A DNA stretch of 64,000 bases from an uncultured Methanosarcinales archaeon. GTDB lineage: Archaea; Nanobdellota; Nanobdellia; Woesearchaeales; CAYVYK01. Under the pieces are notes generated by a model. It was not told the origin of the DNA and made no database searches. It worked only from the letters and a program-made list of their open reading frames with translations. Positions 1 through 10,517 of this stretch are shown here, piece after piece (position 1 is the stretch's first letter; every line of letters starts with the position of its first letter). Both the position numbers and the translations under genes were made by a program. Location of the stretch: the NCBI GenBank assembly GCA_964455675.1, contig CAYVYK010000011.1, forward strand, positions 1 to 64,000. The letters run 5' to 3'.

Positions 1-19
1 CCCGTCGGAGGCTTTCTAT

Positions 20-1324
20 TTATGCCACGTTCGGAAGGGGCAGAAGATGAGGGAGGTACTTTGCGAACCCAGAACCGTCGCCATAGACAAGAGAAGGAGC
101 AAGTGTATCATACGCGTCGATGAGAGAATGAGGCTTCAGGCCAGAGGGGAAGTGAATACCCTCGTCAAGACGCAGCAACGAAGTAGGGCTCGCACCCCAA
201 AACTGGACGTAATGATGACGATCCGAGGGTGGAAGCTTTTCCCCGTCGGGACGGAAATGCGAAATCCAGGAACTTGCGAGAATCGGAACACCTTCGGCAT
301 CGGGCCTTGTGAACCTTGCGTAACGGAACTCCATTCTCGACCTATCAAGAGCGACAGAAAACTGCCTTGGCGTTCCTCTTGCGCTCTCATAAATCCGGTC
401 AATCCATAAGTTCCCAATATCGAGGAAATAATTCCACGCCTCCTCATGCGTCATGAACGAGCCGGAATCATCACGGAACGCAGGATCCTCAACGCCCTCA
501 TTATTCTCCCACGCGAATACCTGATACTTATGCTCACGACGGAGCAAGTGGGACGTCGTCAGAAGAGCACGATACGCACGAGGAGGCCCATCAGTATGAT
601 GATCCTCCACCTCAAGCCATATCTCGCGCTCCATGGTACCTGTGAGGTAGCTAAACCAATGCGAGCGTTCACGGTAGAACTCCTCTTTTGGCACCTCTTT
701 GATATGGTCTCGCAATATAGTCCTCAGCGAAGGAGGAGCGACGAGCGAATTCGCGTCAGCAGCTTTTTTCTCTGCGGCCACAAAACTGTTTAACGCACCC
801 ATCATGATTACGCGAACGTTCTGCTTTGAAGTCTCAAGCTCAACAATCAGAGAATCCTCATATGAAGTGGCGGATAATCCTTTTGGAGTGATGTAGAGAC
901 CGACTTGCCAAACGGGATGGAGATTTCCCCTCGTGCGAGAAACCTCAAGAGCGACAAAATGAAACGTGTACGCATTCCCATCAAGGCCCTTGTAATCAAA
1001 ACGGCTATACATTTTAAAGTCAGACTCATTACTTAAGGAGTTGTGCGCATTCGCTAGAATTGAGGAGATTCCACCCCTTGTCTCATAGCGCATCCAGTGC
1101 TGGTGAGTGCCGCCGCTTGAGGCACTGGGAATATATTTCGTGCTCCCTGCACTATCCCTAATGACTGATTCCAGATCATCGTGGCTCTGCAGCATGCGAA
1201 AAACACTGCGTGGAAGTCCACCGTACCCAAGAAAGTCAAACTCCACCGAAGGAGGCTCACAGCGCAAGGTATTTAGAATCAGAATATCCTGCATGTCCCT
1301 TGGCTCTGCGGTGAGCGATCCCAT
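20..1324 (-). CDS. hypothetical protein (434 aa)
   Basis: Long ORF, divergent from an AT-rich promoter-like gap; no recognisable motif. Confidence 0.65.
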   Translation of the reverse strand: MGSLTAEPRDMQDILILNTLRCEPPSVEFDFLGYGGLPRSVFRMLQSHDDLESVIRDSAGSTKYIPSASSGGTHQHWMRYETRGGISSILANAHNSLSNESDFKMYSRFDYKGLDGNAYTFHFVALEVSRTRGNLHPVWQVGLYITPKGLSATSYEDSLIVELETSKQNVRVIMMGALNSFVAAEKKAADANSLVAPPSLRTILRDHIKEVPKEEFYRERSHWFSYLTGTMEREIWLEVEDHHTDGPPRAYRALLTTSHLLRREHKYQVFAWENNEGVEDPAFRDDSGSFMTHEEAWNYFLDIGNLWIDRIYESARGTPRQFSVALDRSRMEFRYARFTRPDAEGVPILASSWISHFRPDGEKLPPSDRHHYVQFWGASPTSLLRLDEGIHFPSGLKPHSLIDAYDTLAPSLVYGDGSGFAKYLPHLLPLPNVA

Positions 1325-1422
1325 GAATCTTCAGGTTTTTTAGTATGAATATAAAAATTTCCTGTATACTATGATATAATCATCGCTATCTTTATAAATC
1401 AGGTGGTATTAATGTACCAACC

Positions 1423-2043
1423 ATGAAGCAACTCGACCATCAAGAGCGGGAAGTCGTGCGCATGCTGATACGAAATCCTCGCGCAAGCGACAATGAAGTA
1501 TCGCGGCAGACAGGGATACCCCTCATGACCGTCAACCGGAAACGAAAAGCGCTCGAGAAAGAAGGATTCCTGAGATATTTTACGTCCCTTGACACGGGAG
1601 AACACGGAACAGGAAAGTACACAGCAAAACAAGTGTATATCGTACGGTTCAAGATAGGCATCACGAGACAGCAGTTCCTAGCAACCATCAGCGACGCAAG
1701 CCTGCACGCATTCAGCGCGTGCTACATCAGCCTCTCATACCTTGGAGAACGCGAAGGACACCTCACATACCTTGCTATGATCGACGCAGTGACAGAATCA
1801 GCACTCCTTGACGCATTCAACGAAAAACTCGTGCCGTACTTCCAAAAAAAATTCGGGATGGACTGCATCGAGGAAGTCACCACCATGCGGATCACGAACA
1901 CCATACGACGCAACCACAACTATATCCCCATGCTCAACATGGAATGCGGTATCATCAAGAAAGACTGGCCGGACAACTACATCTTTGTGGACGAAGAACT
2001 GCCAGGAGATAAGAAGTCCCACGCCAAAGAAAGCAGCCTCTAA
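1423..2043 (+). CDS. Lrp/AsnC-like winged-helix transcriptional regulator
   Basis: N-terminal LDHQEREVVRMLIRNPRASDNEVSRQTGIPLMTVNRKRKALEKEG HTH pattern; TTTATAAA about 25 nt upstream. Confidence 0.75.
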   Translation: MKQLDHQEREVVRMLIRNPRASDNEVSRQTGIPLMTVNRKRKALEKEGFLRYFTSLDTGEHGTGKYTAKQVYIVRFKIGITRQQFLATISDASLHAFSACYISLSYLGEREGHLTYLAMIDAVTESALLDAFNEKLVPYFQKKFGMDCIEEVTTMRITNTIRRNHNYIPMLNMECGIIKKDWPDNYIFVDEELPGDKKSHAKESSL

Positions 2044-3536
2044 ACCCTGCGCGCGACGTCAAAATTTGCAGAAGTCTCGATGCCACGATAACGAATGCCA
2101 CGTCTTCTATTCAGATAACCTACATCATCCGGCGTCAAAATCTGCGCAGGAACTACATCGCCCTCATGGATTTCCTCAAGTCCGCGAAATACATAGATCG
2201 GACGCGAGCCATTCCTCGCGCGGAAAATTCTACTTGCCACCTGCTCCCCCACCTCAACAAGCTGTTCGTTCCCCTGCTGTGCGAGCGAGGGATCGTACAA
2301 TCTCTGCGCGAGAGCAACGCTTGCCCTGTTCGCCGACACAAAACTCTCCTGCAAGTACTTTGCGTCAGGACGGAACTTGGGAATGGGAAAGCCATAGTCG
2401 TCACGAAGAATTGCCAGAACTTCCTCCTTGGGAAGAACGACATGACCGTTGCGCTGCATGAGACCGTGCAACGTGAACCGGTTAAGCTTCATGAAGTACT
2501 CAAAGAGACCGGGCTTATCAAAAAACACCTCTGGCTGACGATAAACAAGATTCAACCCTGAAAGAAGCTTTGCCGAGCCGAATCCTGCATGATACATCTC
2601 CTTGAAAATTGTGTATCTTGGGGATTCATTCGGAAACTCGAACGCACCCTTGAGGACCTTTGCCGATGTCTTGAAGAGATGATTACTCACGTTGATATAC
2701 AAAAAATTTCTCAAGACGGATCTAGGAACAAAGATCACACCAACTTCCTTGTCGCTCTCACGAGGTTTTGATCCGCGGATCCTTGCATAGAGATCAGGAT
2801 AGAGCATGTTCAGGACGGCAAAGTTATCAAAATCGTTCCCAGCGCCTGCAGCACTAGAGCCATACAAGAGAACACCTGCGAATGAGCGGCCAACTATCTC
2901 CTCAAGCTTCGCAGGGTATGCAAGCTCATGAGGCTTCGCTTCCCCACGGATGCCACCTTGCACTTCAGGACGGACGTGCTTTAAGAGAACCGTCGCATTC
3001 TTCTTCACATGGAAGAGAATATCCAACACCTGATCCTCGGGAATACCGCTCTCCTCAAGCGGGGAGTCATCAATACACAGATCAGGAAAACCCATAATTG
3101 TGGCAACTGAGTTCAGATTGCGGACCTTGCTCATCGCCGTATGACGGTTATAAAACTCAAACATGATGGACTTGTCAAGCGTGCAGTATAGGTGACACAG
3201 TTTACTGTAGGCAAACTCCTGCATCGTCGATTCTCTGTAGGGAAGGTGAAGTTCATGATGACGGTTCGCCGCGTACACCACACTTGGCGCAAAGTCGCCA
3301 AACAAACCCATACGTTCTCTCCAGCCAATATGAGGTGGCGTGAAGTAATGAAGTCTTGAATCCGTATCGTCCTTTGGGATACCCGCAAAGAATTCTCTAA
3401 ACGCGGTATCGACTGCAGATTCCTCAAACGTGTCCGCAAGGACTATCTTCGTCTTATCATCAGGCTCAATACTGTTAAGATTGTCAACGCTCACTGTATG
3501 GCTCGTTACTGCAAAAGTCGTCATTCCCCCTGGCAC
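2040..3536 (-). CDS. protein with a Pol-beta-superfamily nucleotidyltransferase domain
   Basis: GVLLYGSSAAGAGNDFDNFAVL fits hG[GS]x(n)DxD; true start may be the ATG at 3524. Confidence 0.6.
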   Translation of the reverse strand: MPGGMTTFAVTSHTVSVDNLNSIEPDDKTKIVLADTFEESAVDTAFREFFAGIPKDDTDSRLHYFTPPHIGWRERMGLFGDFAPSVVYAANRHHELHLPYRESTMQEFAYSKLCHLYCTLDKSIMFEFYNRHTAMSKVRNLNSVATIMGFPDLCIDDSPLEESGIPEDQVLDILFHVKKNATVLLKHVRPEVQGGIRGEAKPHELAYPAKLEEIVGRSFAGVLLYGSSAAGAGNDFDNFAVLNMLYPDLYARIRGSKPRESDKEVGVIFVPRSVLRNFLYINVSNHLFKTSAKVLKGAFEFPNESPRYTIFKEMYHAGFGSAKLLSGLNLVYRQPEVFFDKPGLFEYFMKLNRFTLHGLMQRNGHVVLPKEEVLAILRDDYGFPIPKFRPDAKYLQESFVSANRASVALAQRLYDPSLAQQGNEQLVEVGEQVASRIFRARNGSRPIYVFRGLEEIHEGDVVPAQILTPDDVGYLNRRRGIRYRGIETSANFDVARRV

Positions 3537-3600
3537 TTTTGGCGTGATTTAAATGCATTGCGGTGATGGAAATGGCCTCAAGAATTGAAGAATAGTAAGT

Positions 3601-3728
3601 TGTACATCATGATACCATCGCAGGACAGTCCGGCACCCGTCGGTCGAGAATTGATATCGCATAGAAAGCATTAGATAATAATGTACATCATAGATACCAT
3701 CGCAGGACAGTCCGGCTCCCGTCGGTCG
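3601..3728. repeat. direct repeat pair, 46/47 bp, with a 35-bp spacer
   Basis: tgtacatcat(a)gataccatcgcaggacagtccggc[a/t]cccgtcggtcg at 3601-3646 and 3682-3728. Confidence 0.9.
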
Positions 3729-3816
3729 CCGGGTTTCGGACGCCATCTTCAAGCGTGCGCTTGAATGATGGCTCTGCGGTGCGTGATTGAACGTTTGGGT
3801 ATGTTCTGTGAAGGGG

Positions 3817-5016
3817 TTATGCGTCGCTCACGATTTCGATGACGTCGCCAGCTTGCAACGGATGATCCTTTCCGATGACCATGCGCTTTTTCACGTCGAT
3901 CGCGCGGATAAAATGATTGCCAAGATCGGAATGGATGCGAAACGCGAATTGTAGCGCAGTTGTTTTTGGCGGCACAAGAAAACAGTCGGGAAGCGTTCTG
4001 CCGTATTGGTCGACGAGGTTATTCATTCCACCAGGAAAAACAGGGAAGCACCCTAGCAGTTTGAAGACTGCCGTGTCAAGGACTTCCTGCACACCAGTTG
4101 AATGCCAGGTATTCAGAACTGTCACCTGAATGAAGTCAAGAGCTGCCTTCTGTTTTGGAGCAAGTTTATCTTCGGCTTTATATGTAAACAACGCGGATCC
4201 AGGAACGTAGTCAATAAGGCCGTGCTTTGCCGCAGCACGCAATGCAAGCTCGCAGTCACCAGAAACAGGAATCATCAACTGATCAGGAAACTGCTGTTTC
4301 AAACGGACAACGTTATCCGCACCGGACTTAAGATCAACCTTGTTCAACGCGACAATGATGGGTTTTGTGCGCTTCCGAAAAAGCTGCGCAAGCCGCAAGA
4401 GATCATCCTCAGACCAGGCAGTGATATCACGATCTGACAGATGGAGTTCTTGCATCGCAGACTCAGCAAGCTCCTCTGTCACATTCATTGCGGAAAGCTG
4501 TTTTGCTATCGCCTTTTGCAACTGCTGATGCGTCTGCTGGACCTCACGCGCAAATTTCACCCAGCCCTTCTTCAGTATACCAAGGTACCAGAAGTCAAGC
4601 TCCTCCTCGAAGAACTTGATATCGTTTGCTGGATCATAACTACCCGGATCAACAGGTTCGCCAAACGCGTTTGTGGTTCCTGCAGCGTCGACGACATGAA
4701 TGAGCACATCAGCCTGCCGCAGGTCGTCCAGAAACTGGTTGCCCATACCCTTGCCCTCATGCGCGCCTGGAACAAGGCCGGCGACATCCATGAGCTTGAT
4801 CGGGACAAACCGCGTGCCATCCAGACAAAACCCTTCCCTTGGATTGCACGTAACACCAAAGAATTTATCCGCGCAGGCAACCTTAACATAGCCAACGCCG
4901 ATATTAGGTTTGATCGTGGCAAAAGGGTAATTCGCGATCTCAACTTCGGCAAGCGTAGCTGCCTTGAAGAACGTGCTCTTTCCCACATTCGCTTTTCCAA
5001 CAACGCCGACGAGCAT
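3817..5016 (-). CDS. ychF: YchF/Ygr210-like OBG-family GTPase with TGS domain
   Basis: GKANVGKST, NYPFATI, DVAGLV, NKVD motifs and C-terminal TGS (IHSDLG...GDVIEI); start reassigned to MLVGVVG. Confidence 0.9.
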   Translation of the reverse strand: MLVGVVGKANVGKSTFFKAATLAEVEIANYPFATIKPNIGVGYVKVACADKFFGVTCNPREGFCLDGTRFVPIKLMDVAGLVPGAHEGKGMGNQFLDDLRQADVLIHVVDAAGTTNAFGEPVDPGSYDPANDIKFFEEELDFWYLGILKKGWVKFAREVQQTHQQLQKAIAKQLSAMNVTEELAESAMQELHLSDRDITAWSEDDLLRLAQLFRKRTKPIIVALNKVDLKSGADNVVRLKQQFPDQLMIPVSGDCELALRAAAKHGLIDYVPGSALFTYKAEDKLAPKQKAALDFIQVTVLNTWHSTGVQEVLDTAVFKLLGCFPVFPGGMNNLVDQYGRTLPDCFLVPPKTTALQFAFRIHSDLGNHFIRAIDVKKRMVIGKDHPLQAGDVIEIVSDA

Positions 5017-5104
5017 TCTCTTGCAGATTCTTTGCGTGTTTAAGAAAGTATCGGAAGGTCGAGTTAATGGAATATCTCCACAACAAAAAATTATCACGAG
5101 CCTT

Positions 5105-5150
5105 CGGCGAGCCCTGTTCCTTCAACAACACGATCACGGAACAGGGCAAC
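5105..5150. repeat. dispersed palindromic element, copy A
   Basis: gccctgttcc-17nt-ggaacagggc (5111-5147), homologous to 27360-27396 and 48374-48410. Confidence 0.8.
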
Positions 5151-5185
5151 TGTTGTTGGGAACCAGTGTCAGAATTGAAGTATGG

Positions 5186-6112
5186 CTAACCTGTGAATGA
5201 TTTTACGGTTAGGCGAAGGCCTTGCTTGAAGTCAATCTTCGGATCAAAGCCAAGGAGTGATCGCGCTTTGGAAATGTCGGCTTTGGTGTGAAGGGGATCG
5301 CCCGCGCGGGCAGGAAGGAATTCTGGCTTAGTATCCTTACCAAGGAAATCAGTGATCAGCTCGGCGACCTCAAGAATGGTCACTTGACCACCTGAACCGA
5401 TGTTGAACACCTGATTGACGGCCTTTTTATTATTCATCGCGAGCATGTTTGCCTGAACAACGTTATCGACAAACACGAAGTCCCGGGAGTGTTTTCCCTC
5501 GCCAAAAATGATAGGTCGTGCATCATTCATGATACACTCGATAAATTTTGGAATGACTGCCGCATACTCACCCTTGGGGTTCTGCCGAGGCCCAAACACA
5601 TTAAAGTAGCGAAGACTTACCGTCTCAAGACCATATAGGTCATGGAAAAGATGCATGTATTCCTCGCCAGTCTTCTTCGTGAGAGCGTACGGCGACAATA
5701 CCCTGCCGATGACATCCTCGCGCTTTGGGAGAGAGGGATCATCACCATAAACTGAAGATGACGAGGCAAACACCACACGTCTAACCTTTGCATCACGAGC
5801 CTCAAGCAATACGCTAAGCGTACCTGTGATACCTGCTTCGTTAGTCTGCATGGGATTTGCCACAGAACGCGGAACGGAAGCAATTGCAGCCTGATGGAAT
5901 ACTCCGTCCGCTCCCTGCATGTGATCCTTGAGAAGACTACGGTCCAGGATGGAACCTTTTACAAACGTTATCCGATTGCGACAAGCACTGAGATTCTTGA
6001 TATTGCCTGTTGATAGATCATCAATTACTATCACTTCGTGATCCTGTTTTAGGAGAGCTTCAACAAGATGGCTTCCAATAAAACCAGCTCCCCCTGTGAC
6101 AACATACTTCAT
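5186..6112 (-). CDS. NAD-dependent nucleotide-sugar epimerase/dehydratase (extended SDR)
   Basis: VTGGAGFIGSH, SSSSVYG, YALTK, LRYFNVFGP. Confidence 0.92.
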   Translation of the reverse strand: MKYVVTGGAGFIGSHLVEALLKQDHEVIVIDDLSTGNIKNLSACRNRITFVKGSILDRSLLKDHMQGADGVFHQAAIASVPRSVANPMQTNEAGITGTLSVLLEARDAKVRRVVFASSSSVYGDDPSLPKREDVIGRVLSPYALTKKTGEEYMHLFHDLYGLETVSLRYFNVFGPRQNPKGEYAAVIPKFIECIMNDARPIIFGEGKHSRDFVFVDNVVQANMLAMNNKKAVNQVFNIGSGGQVTILEVAELITDFLGKDTKPEFLPARAGDPLHTKADISKARSLLGFDPKIDFKQGLRLTVKSFTG

Positions 6113-6208
6113 GCGAGACGCAATATAGCAGCACTTTAAATACATGACGGAACGTTTCAAAGATAAATTTAAATAGGCATTTCACTGGTGAATTAAAAAT
6201 CAAGAGGG

Positions 6209-6649
6209 GTGGATACTATGGCGTTTGAAGAGCTTGGGATTGGAGCGATTGCGGGATTACTTATTGGACTAGGCGTGATGATTATTGTCCTTGTGCTTAT
6301 TCTGATCGCAGCGCTCTATGTGTACACATCACTTGCGTTGATGACAATTGCCAAAAGACTCCAGACAGAGCCAGCATGGCTTGCATGGATACCGATCGCG
6401 AACCTTGTGCTTATGGCCAAAATGGCGAAGATGCATTGGTGGCCAGTACTCCTCGTGATCGGCATGGTGATACCATGGATCAGTCCGCTCGCGGGAATTG
6501 CGCTGCTCGTTTTCATCATCATCTGGAGCTGGAAGATCTGCGAAGCACGCAAACGACCAGGGTGGTATGCGGTGCTCACCATCATTCCCTTCGTTGGAGG
6601 AATCTGGGCGCTTATCCTATATGGGATACTGGCGTGGTCGAAGGATTGA
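6209..6649 (+). CDS. small integral membrane protein (DUF5684-like)
   Basis: Several TM segments; WLAWIPIAN and PGWYAVLTIIP motifs. Confidence 0.7.
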   Translation: MDTMAFEELGIGAIAGLLIGLGVMIIVLVLILIAALYVYTSLALMTIAKRLQTEPAWLAWIPIANLVLMAKMAKMHWWPVLLVIGMVIPWISPLAGIALLVFIIIWSWKICEARKRPGWYAVLTIIPFVGGIWALILYGILAWSKD

Positions 6650-6779
6650 AATTTACCTTTTTCTCTTTCTTTTTTATTCAAAATTTGAATACGGAATGTA
6701 TTTAAAAGCATGCATGATTCCCTCATATGATACAGCCATACCCCTTTTGCATTGATAACCCGGATGGTGTTCATGCCTC

Positions 6780-7691
6780 ATGAAAATATTTCCTAAACTG
6801 GAAGCAGTCCTTCTCCTGATCGGTGTGTTCATAATCTACACCTCCCTCAGGATCTACAGGATCAACCACAGCGAACAATTCCAAAAGCTGGACGTGATAT
6901 TTTCTATCATCTTTATCCTTTCCTGTTTCATCCTCGCCGCTGCACTCCTGCCACACCGTGCGATTCATCATATGAAAAAGTCCTTACCCCGCAGAATCCT
7001 TGGGTGGCACACACATCATCTCATTCTTGTCTTTCTTACCATGGGAATCCTTAGCATGCTGATGTACATCGCAGGAATGCGGATACGTCTGATCATGCTC
7101 GGCTTATTGGCGGTTCTCCTTATCGTTACTACATCACTCGCACTTCCACGGACAATACAAGGATACAAGAACTCCACATTCCATACAATTCTCTTTGTCA
7201 TCGCAGGCTACCTCATCATCAGCGCAACGATATATCTCCACTTGCACGAGCGCATCACAACTCCATGGTCCTTTATCGGATTCCTCCTGACGGCAATTCT
7301 GTTCCTTCTCATTCGAGTAGACTCTCGATTCATCCTTTTCTTGGTACCACTTTTTCTCGGATACTGCCCATTCCTGCTCTTGTCAGATCATCAGCTCTCT
7401 GCGGAATACTGCGCGATTTATGCATTCTACCTTCTCACTTGTGGAGTTGCTCTCCAATTGATTGAGACCCTACGAGATCCTGAATACACTTTTTCGGATA
7501 GCGCGCGGCTAGTCGCGCGCATCAATCCATTCCTCCCGCTCAGTATAGGGATGGCTGTTGTCTTGGCGTTCGGTATCCTCAGTACTACCACGGATGGAAT
7601 CGCTCTCTACAGCACCATCTACCTCTTTGCCATCATTTGCATACTCAATCTCTTGAGCTTAGCTTATCAACATGGATGGATCGAAGCCTAG
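6780..7691 (+). CDS. multi-pass membrane protein
   Basis: About 9 hydrophobic segments; no catalytic motif seen. Confidence 0.7.
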   Translation: MKIFPKLEAVLLLIGVFIIYTSLRIYRINHSEQFQKLDVIFSIIFILSCFILAAALLPHRAIHHMKKSLPRRILGWHTHHLILVFLTMGILSMLMYIAGMRIRLIMLGLLAVLLIVTTSLALPRTIQGYKNSTFHTILFVIAGYLIISATIYLHLHERITTPWSFIGFLLTAILFLLIRVDSRFILFLVPLFLGYCPFLLLSDHQLSAEYCAIYAFYLLTCGVALQLIETLRDPEYTFSDSARLVARINPFLPLSIGMAVVLAFGILSTTTDGIALYSTIYLFAIICILNLLSLAYQHGWIEA

Positions 7692-7707
7692 GGAATCCTC
7701 TTTCTCT

Positions 7708-9408
7708 CTATGGATTCTTACCATATAATTGGTTTATGATGAGCAGCAGAGCTCCAAGAGATATCAGAGAACCAATAACAAAACGAACAGGCAGTTTTTG
7801 TTCCTGCGGACCATTTAGGATTAATGGTTCGAGCTTAATTATCGTCAGGCAACCATTATCATGTATAACAGTCCTGTTGAGCCAATCATACCTATCAGGA
7901 AAATATGCACAACGATCTTTCAGCACGTATCGAACACCACTCCTCTCGAGACAGGATACAGAACGGTTTTGGATACAGGCGCCGATCGTGTTCTGAAACG
8001 AGTCCACGGAGCCCCAGATATCAGGACCAAGTGTTACCGATCGCTTAACTACATGGTTGATGGGCGCTGGGATCCTACCGTCGGGTGATGTTCCCTTTGT
8101 CCATGTGTACGTCAAGTACGTTTGCCACGGAAGATAGATCGTGTAACCTTCAAGCGGCTGTTCGTTCAGAAATTCTGCAGCTGAAACGTAACTGGACGGA
8201 TACCACGCGCTCTTTATCTGGTGGCCAAAACCGATCAAAGGAAATGTGAAAACAAGGATGAGCACGACAATGAACGCATACACGCCTGCACGCATGATGG
8301 CCTGTTTTTTTGAGCCCTCGCGCCCCTTCACATCAAGAACACAGGGACACAGGAACGCATACCCCATCGCGATGAAGACAACTAATTTGTGGCTATCCCG
8401 AAACCCGCTAAAGAAAGGGAGATGATTGAATAAAAAATCAAAGAAAGGGGCGGTGAATGGATGGCTCACCCCTGTGGCAAGCACCACACCAATCCACCAA
8501 AGTGACAGCATCGTGCGACCGGTCGGATCGTTTGACTTCATGTACCCGAGCAACAGCAACAGAAGCAGACAGCCCACGAGTGCGTAGTACACAAATCGCG
8601 GTACTGATTCATAAAAAGTCACGAATCCATCTTCACGCCAGAAACCCCACATACCGATAATCTTAGCCACAGCAGGAAGATCCTGGCTTAGCGTCGGCGA
8701 AAAAAAATACTTATGCCCAGCAGAAATTGAGGGCAATGCGATGGATGGGGAAAGAACCGCTTGAAGCCAATAGGCATTGAGCATCATGAGGAGAAGGATG
8801 AATACACATACAGACTTCAGCTGATCCTTCCATTGGAAACCTACAGTTCCTCTCACAAACCAAAAGAAGGCTACACCCATGATGACCAATAGGAAAAACA
8901 TCATATGAGGGGAAAACGTACTGATGACCGCAGCTGCAACTGCTGCCTTCATCCAGGAAGCTCTGCTGTTCTTGGAACTCAAGGCTTGAACGATGTAGTG
9001 CAGATACATAGGCAACAGAAGGTACGAAACAACCACCCATATCTGACCGACCATCAGACGGGAATACACAAACGGATTGAATACAAAGATCAGGAATGAG
9101 AGCATATAGTGCTTTTGCAATTTACGAATGAAATAAAACGAGACGTACAGTGAAGAGAGAAAAGCAATCTGAAAGAATATTCCGCTTAGCCGAAATGAGG
9201 ATAGCAGCCAATCAAGAATATCACCCGCGTGCAACCAGCTGAAGTTACCCATCTGAAGATCCTTGATTGGATTCACATACAGCCGAGGAGCGTAATCAAC
9301 AAGGAACACAGGCTGAAAAAGAACAGGGTAAAAAATCAACACAAATATGAAGAACGGGAATAACCAGGGAACAACTGTGAGCAGTGTAACTCTCCTTTTC
9401 GCCATCAT
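7708..9408 (-). CDS. polytopic GT-C-like membrane glycosyltransferase
   Basis: Multi-TM N-terminus with FNPFVYSR and FRDSHK loops, soluble C-domain, terminal TM; lies in glycan cluster. Confidence 0.6.
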   Translation of the reverse strand: MMAKRRVTLLTVVPWLFPFFIFVLIFYPVLFQPVFLVDYAPRLYVNPIKDLQMGNFSWLHAGDILDWLLSSFRLSGIFFQIAFLSSLYVSFYFIRKLQKHYMLSFLIFVFNPFVYSRLMVGQIWVVVSYLLLPMYLHYIVQALSSKNSRASWMKAAVAAAVISTFSPHMMFFLLVIMGVAFFWFVRGTVGFQWKDQLKSVCVFILLLMMLNAYWLQAVLSPSIALPSISAGHKYFFSPTLSQDLPAVAKIIGMWGFWREDGFVTFYESVPRFVYYALVGCLLLLLLLGYMKSNDPTGRTMLSLWWIGVVLATGVSHPFTAPFFDFLFNHLPFFSGFRDSHKLVVFIAMGYAFLCPCVLDVKGREGSKKQAIMRAGVYAFIVVLILVFTFPLIGFGHQIKSAWYPSSYVSAAEFLNEQPLEGYTIYLPWQTYLTYTWTKGTSPDGRIPAPINHVVKRSVTLGPDIWGSVDSFQNTIGACIQNRSVSCLERSGVRYVLKDRCAYFPDRYDWLNRTVIHDNGCLTIIKLEPLILNGPQEQKLPVRFVIGSLISLGALLLIINQLYGKNP

Positions 9409-10400
9409 CGACCCTTCAGGACATGATTTATCTCCGTCTTTTTCATCGTCAGACCATACAGCACTCCCACAAACGTTGCTCCGAGCAGGAGGTATTCCGC
9501 GTACAACGAGAGAAGAATCATTGCTAGAGAGTCCTTTGCTGTCTTCAATGAGATAGTGATATCACGAATTCTCACGAGAGCTAGAACGAGCAACAAAAAC
9601 ACAAGCGCGAGGATGAATCGCCACACCGTCGGTCTCCAAAGCAAAAAGGCAATAAGACCAGCAATAGATCCAAGGCCAAGCAGAATCACCATAAGAAAAT
9701 AGTTACTGATGGGAAACGGAATGCTACCATTCTTATACAGCATCGCAAGTCCAAGACCACCACGATATTTACGCCTAAGGTAAGCCCTCAAGGTTGACGG
9801 TTCACGATGCAACCATAACGATTTTGGCTCAAAGATAAGCTTCTTTCCCCGCTCTTTAAGCATCCTTCCGGGAAGAGTGTCCTCCACCATCTCCAAGGAA
9901 GTGTCGAAACGACCCAAGTTCTCAAAGTCCTTTCGACGGTAGAACCAGCAAGAATTTGGCCGGTAGTGATAAAAATTACGCCTCCGCTCAATGTCTTTAA
10001 ATCTCGTCCAAATACTATCATCCCGGTTCCATACATAATGAGGACCAATAATTCCCCCAACGGAGGGGTCGGCAAAATGACGCACAGCAGACGCGAGATA
10101 CTCCGGTGAGTACCACGCATCATCCTCACAGAACGTGATGATGTCCCCTGACGCCTTCTTCGCTCCGTTATTACGCGCATGGCCACGACCCTGGTTTTTC
10201 TGACGGATGACCATGATGGGCGACTTAGGATTATCACGCACAAGCTTGTCAACGAGCAGGGGAGTTTTATCGGTACTTCCATCGTCAACGACGATGATCT
10301 CCTTTGCTGGATACGATTGATGCATGAGGGATAGAAGAGAATCCACAACTGATCTCTCACCATTATAAACCGTCAAGATCACGCTAATACTAAGAGGCAT
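9405..10400 (-). CDS. glycosyltransferase family 2 with C-terminal TM helices
   Basis: VILTVYN, VVDDGSTD, ARNNG, EDD. Confidence 0.9.
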   Translation of the reverse strand: MPLSISVILTVYNGERSVVDSLLSLMHQSYPAKEIIVVDDGSTDKTPLLVDKLVRDNPKSPIMVIRQKNQGRGHARNNGAKKASGDIITFCEDDAWYSPEYLASAVRHFADPSVGGIIGPHYVWNRDDSIWTRFKDIERRRNFYHYRPNSCWFYRRKDFENLGRFDTSLEMVEDTLPGRMLKERGKKLIFEPKSLWLHREPSTLRAYLRRKYRGGLGLAMLYKNGSIPFPISNYFLMVILLGLGSIAGLIAFLLWRPTVWRFILALVFLLLVLALVRIRDITISLKTAKDSLAMILLSLYAEYLLLGATFVGVLYGLTMKKTEINHVLKGR

Positions 10401-10517
10401 TAACCATCACCATCACATTATAGAACAGAGTATCGAGAAGACAGAGCATAGAATTCACAAGACCTCTTGTACAAGCACAGAGCAGATAATTCCTCATTGT
10501 CCCCCAAAGAGAAGGTC

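Noticed and set aside
3601..3728. CRISPR array
   Set aside because: Only two repeats, long and non-palindromic, with no cas genes in the window; kept as a plain direct repeat
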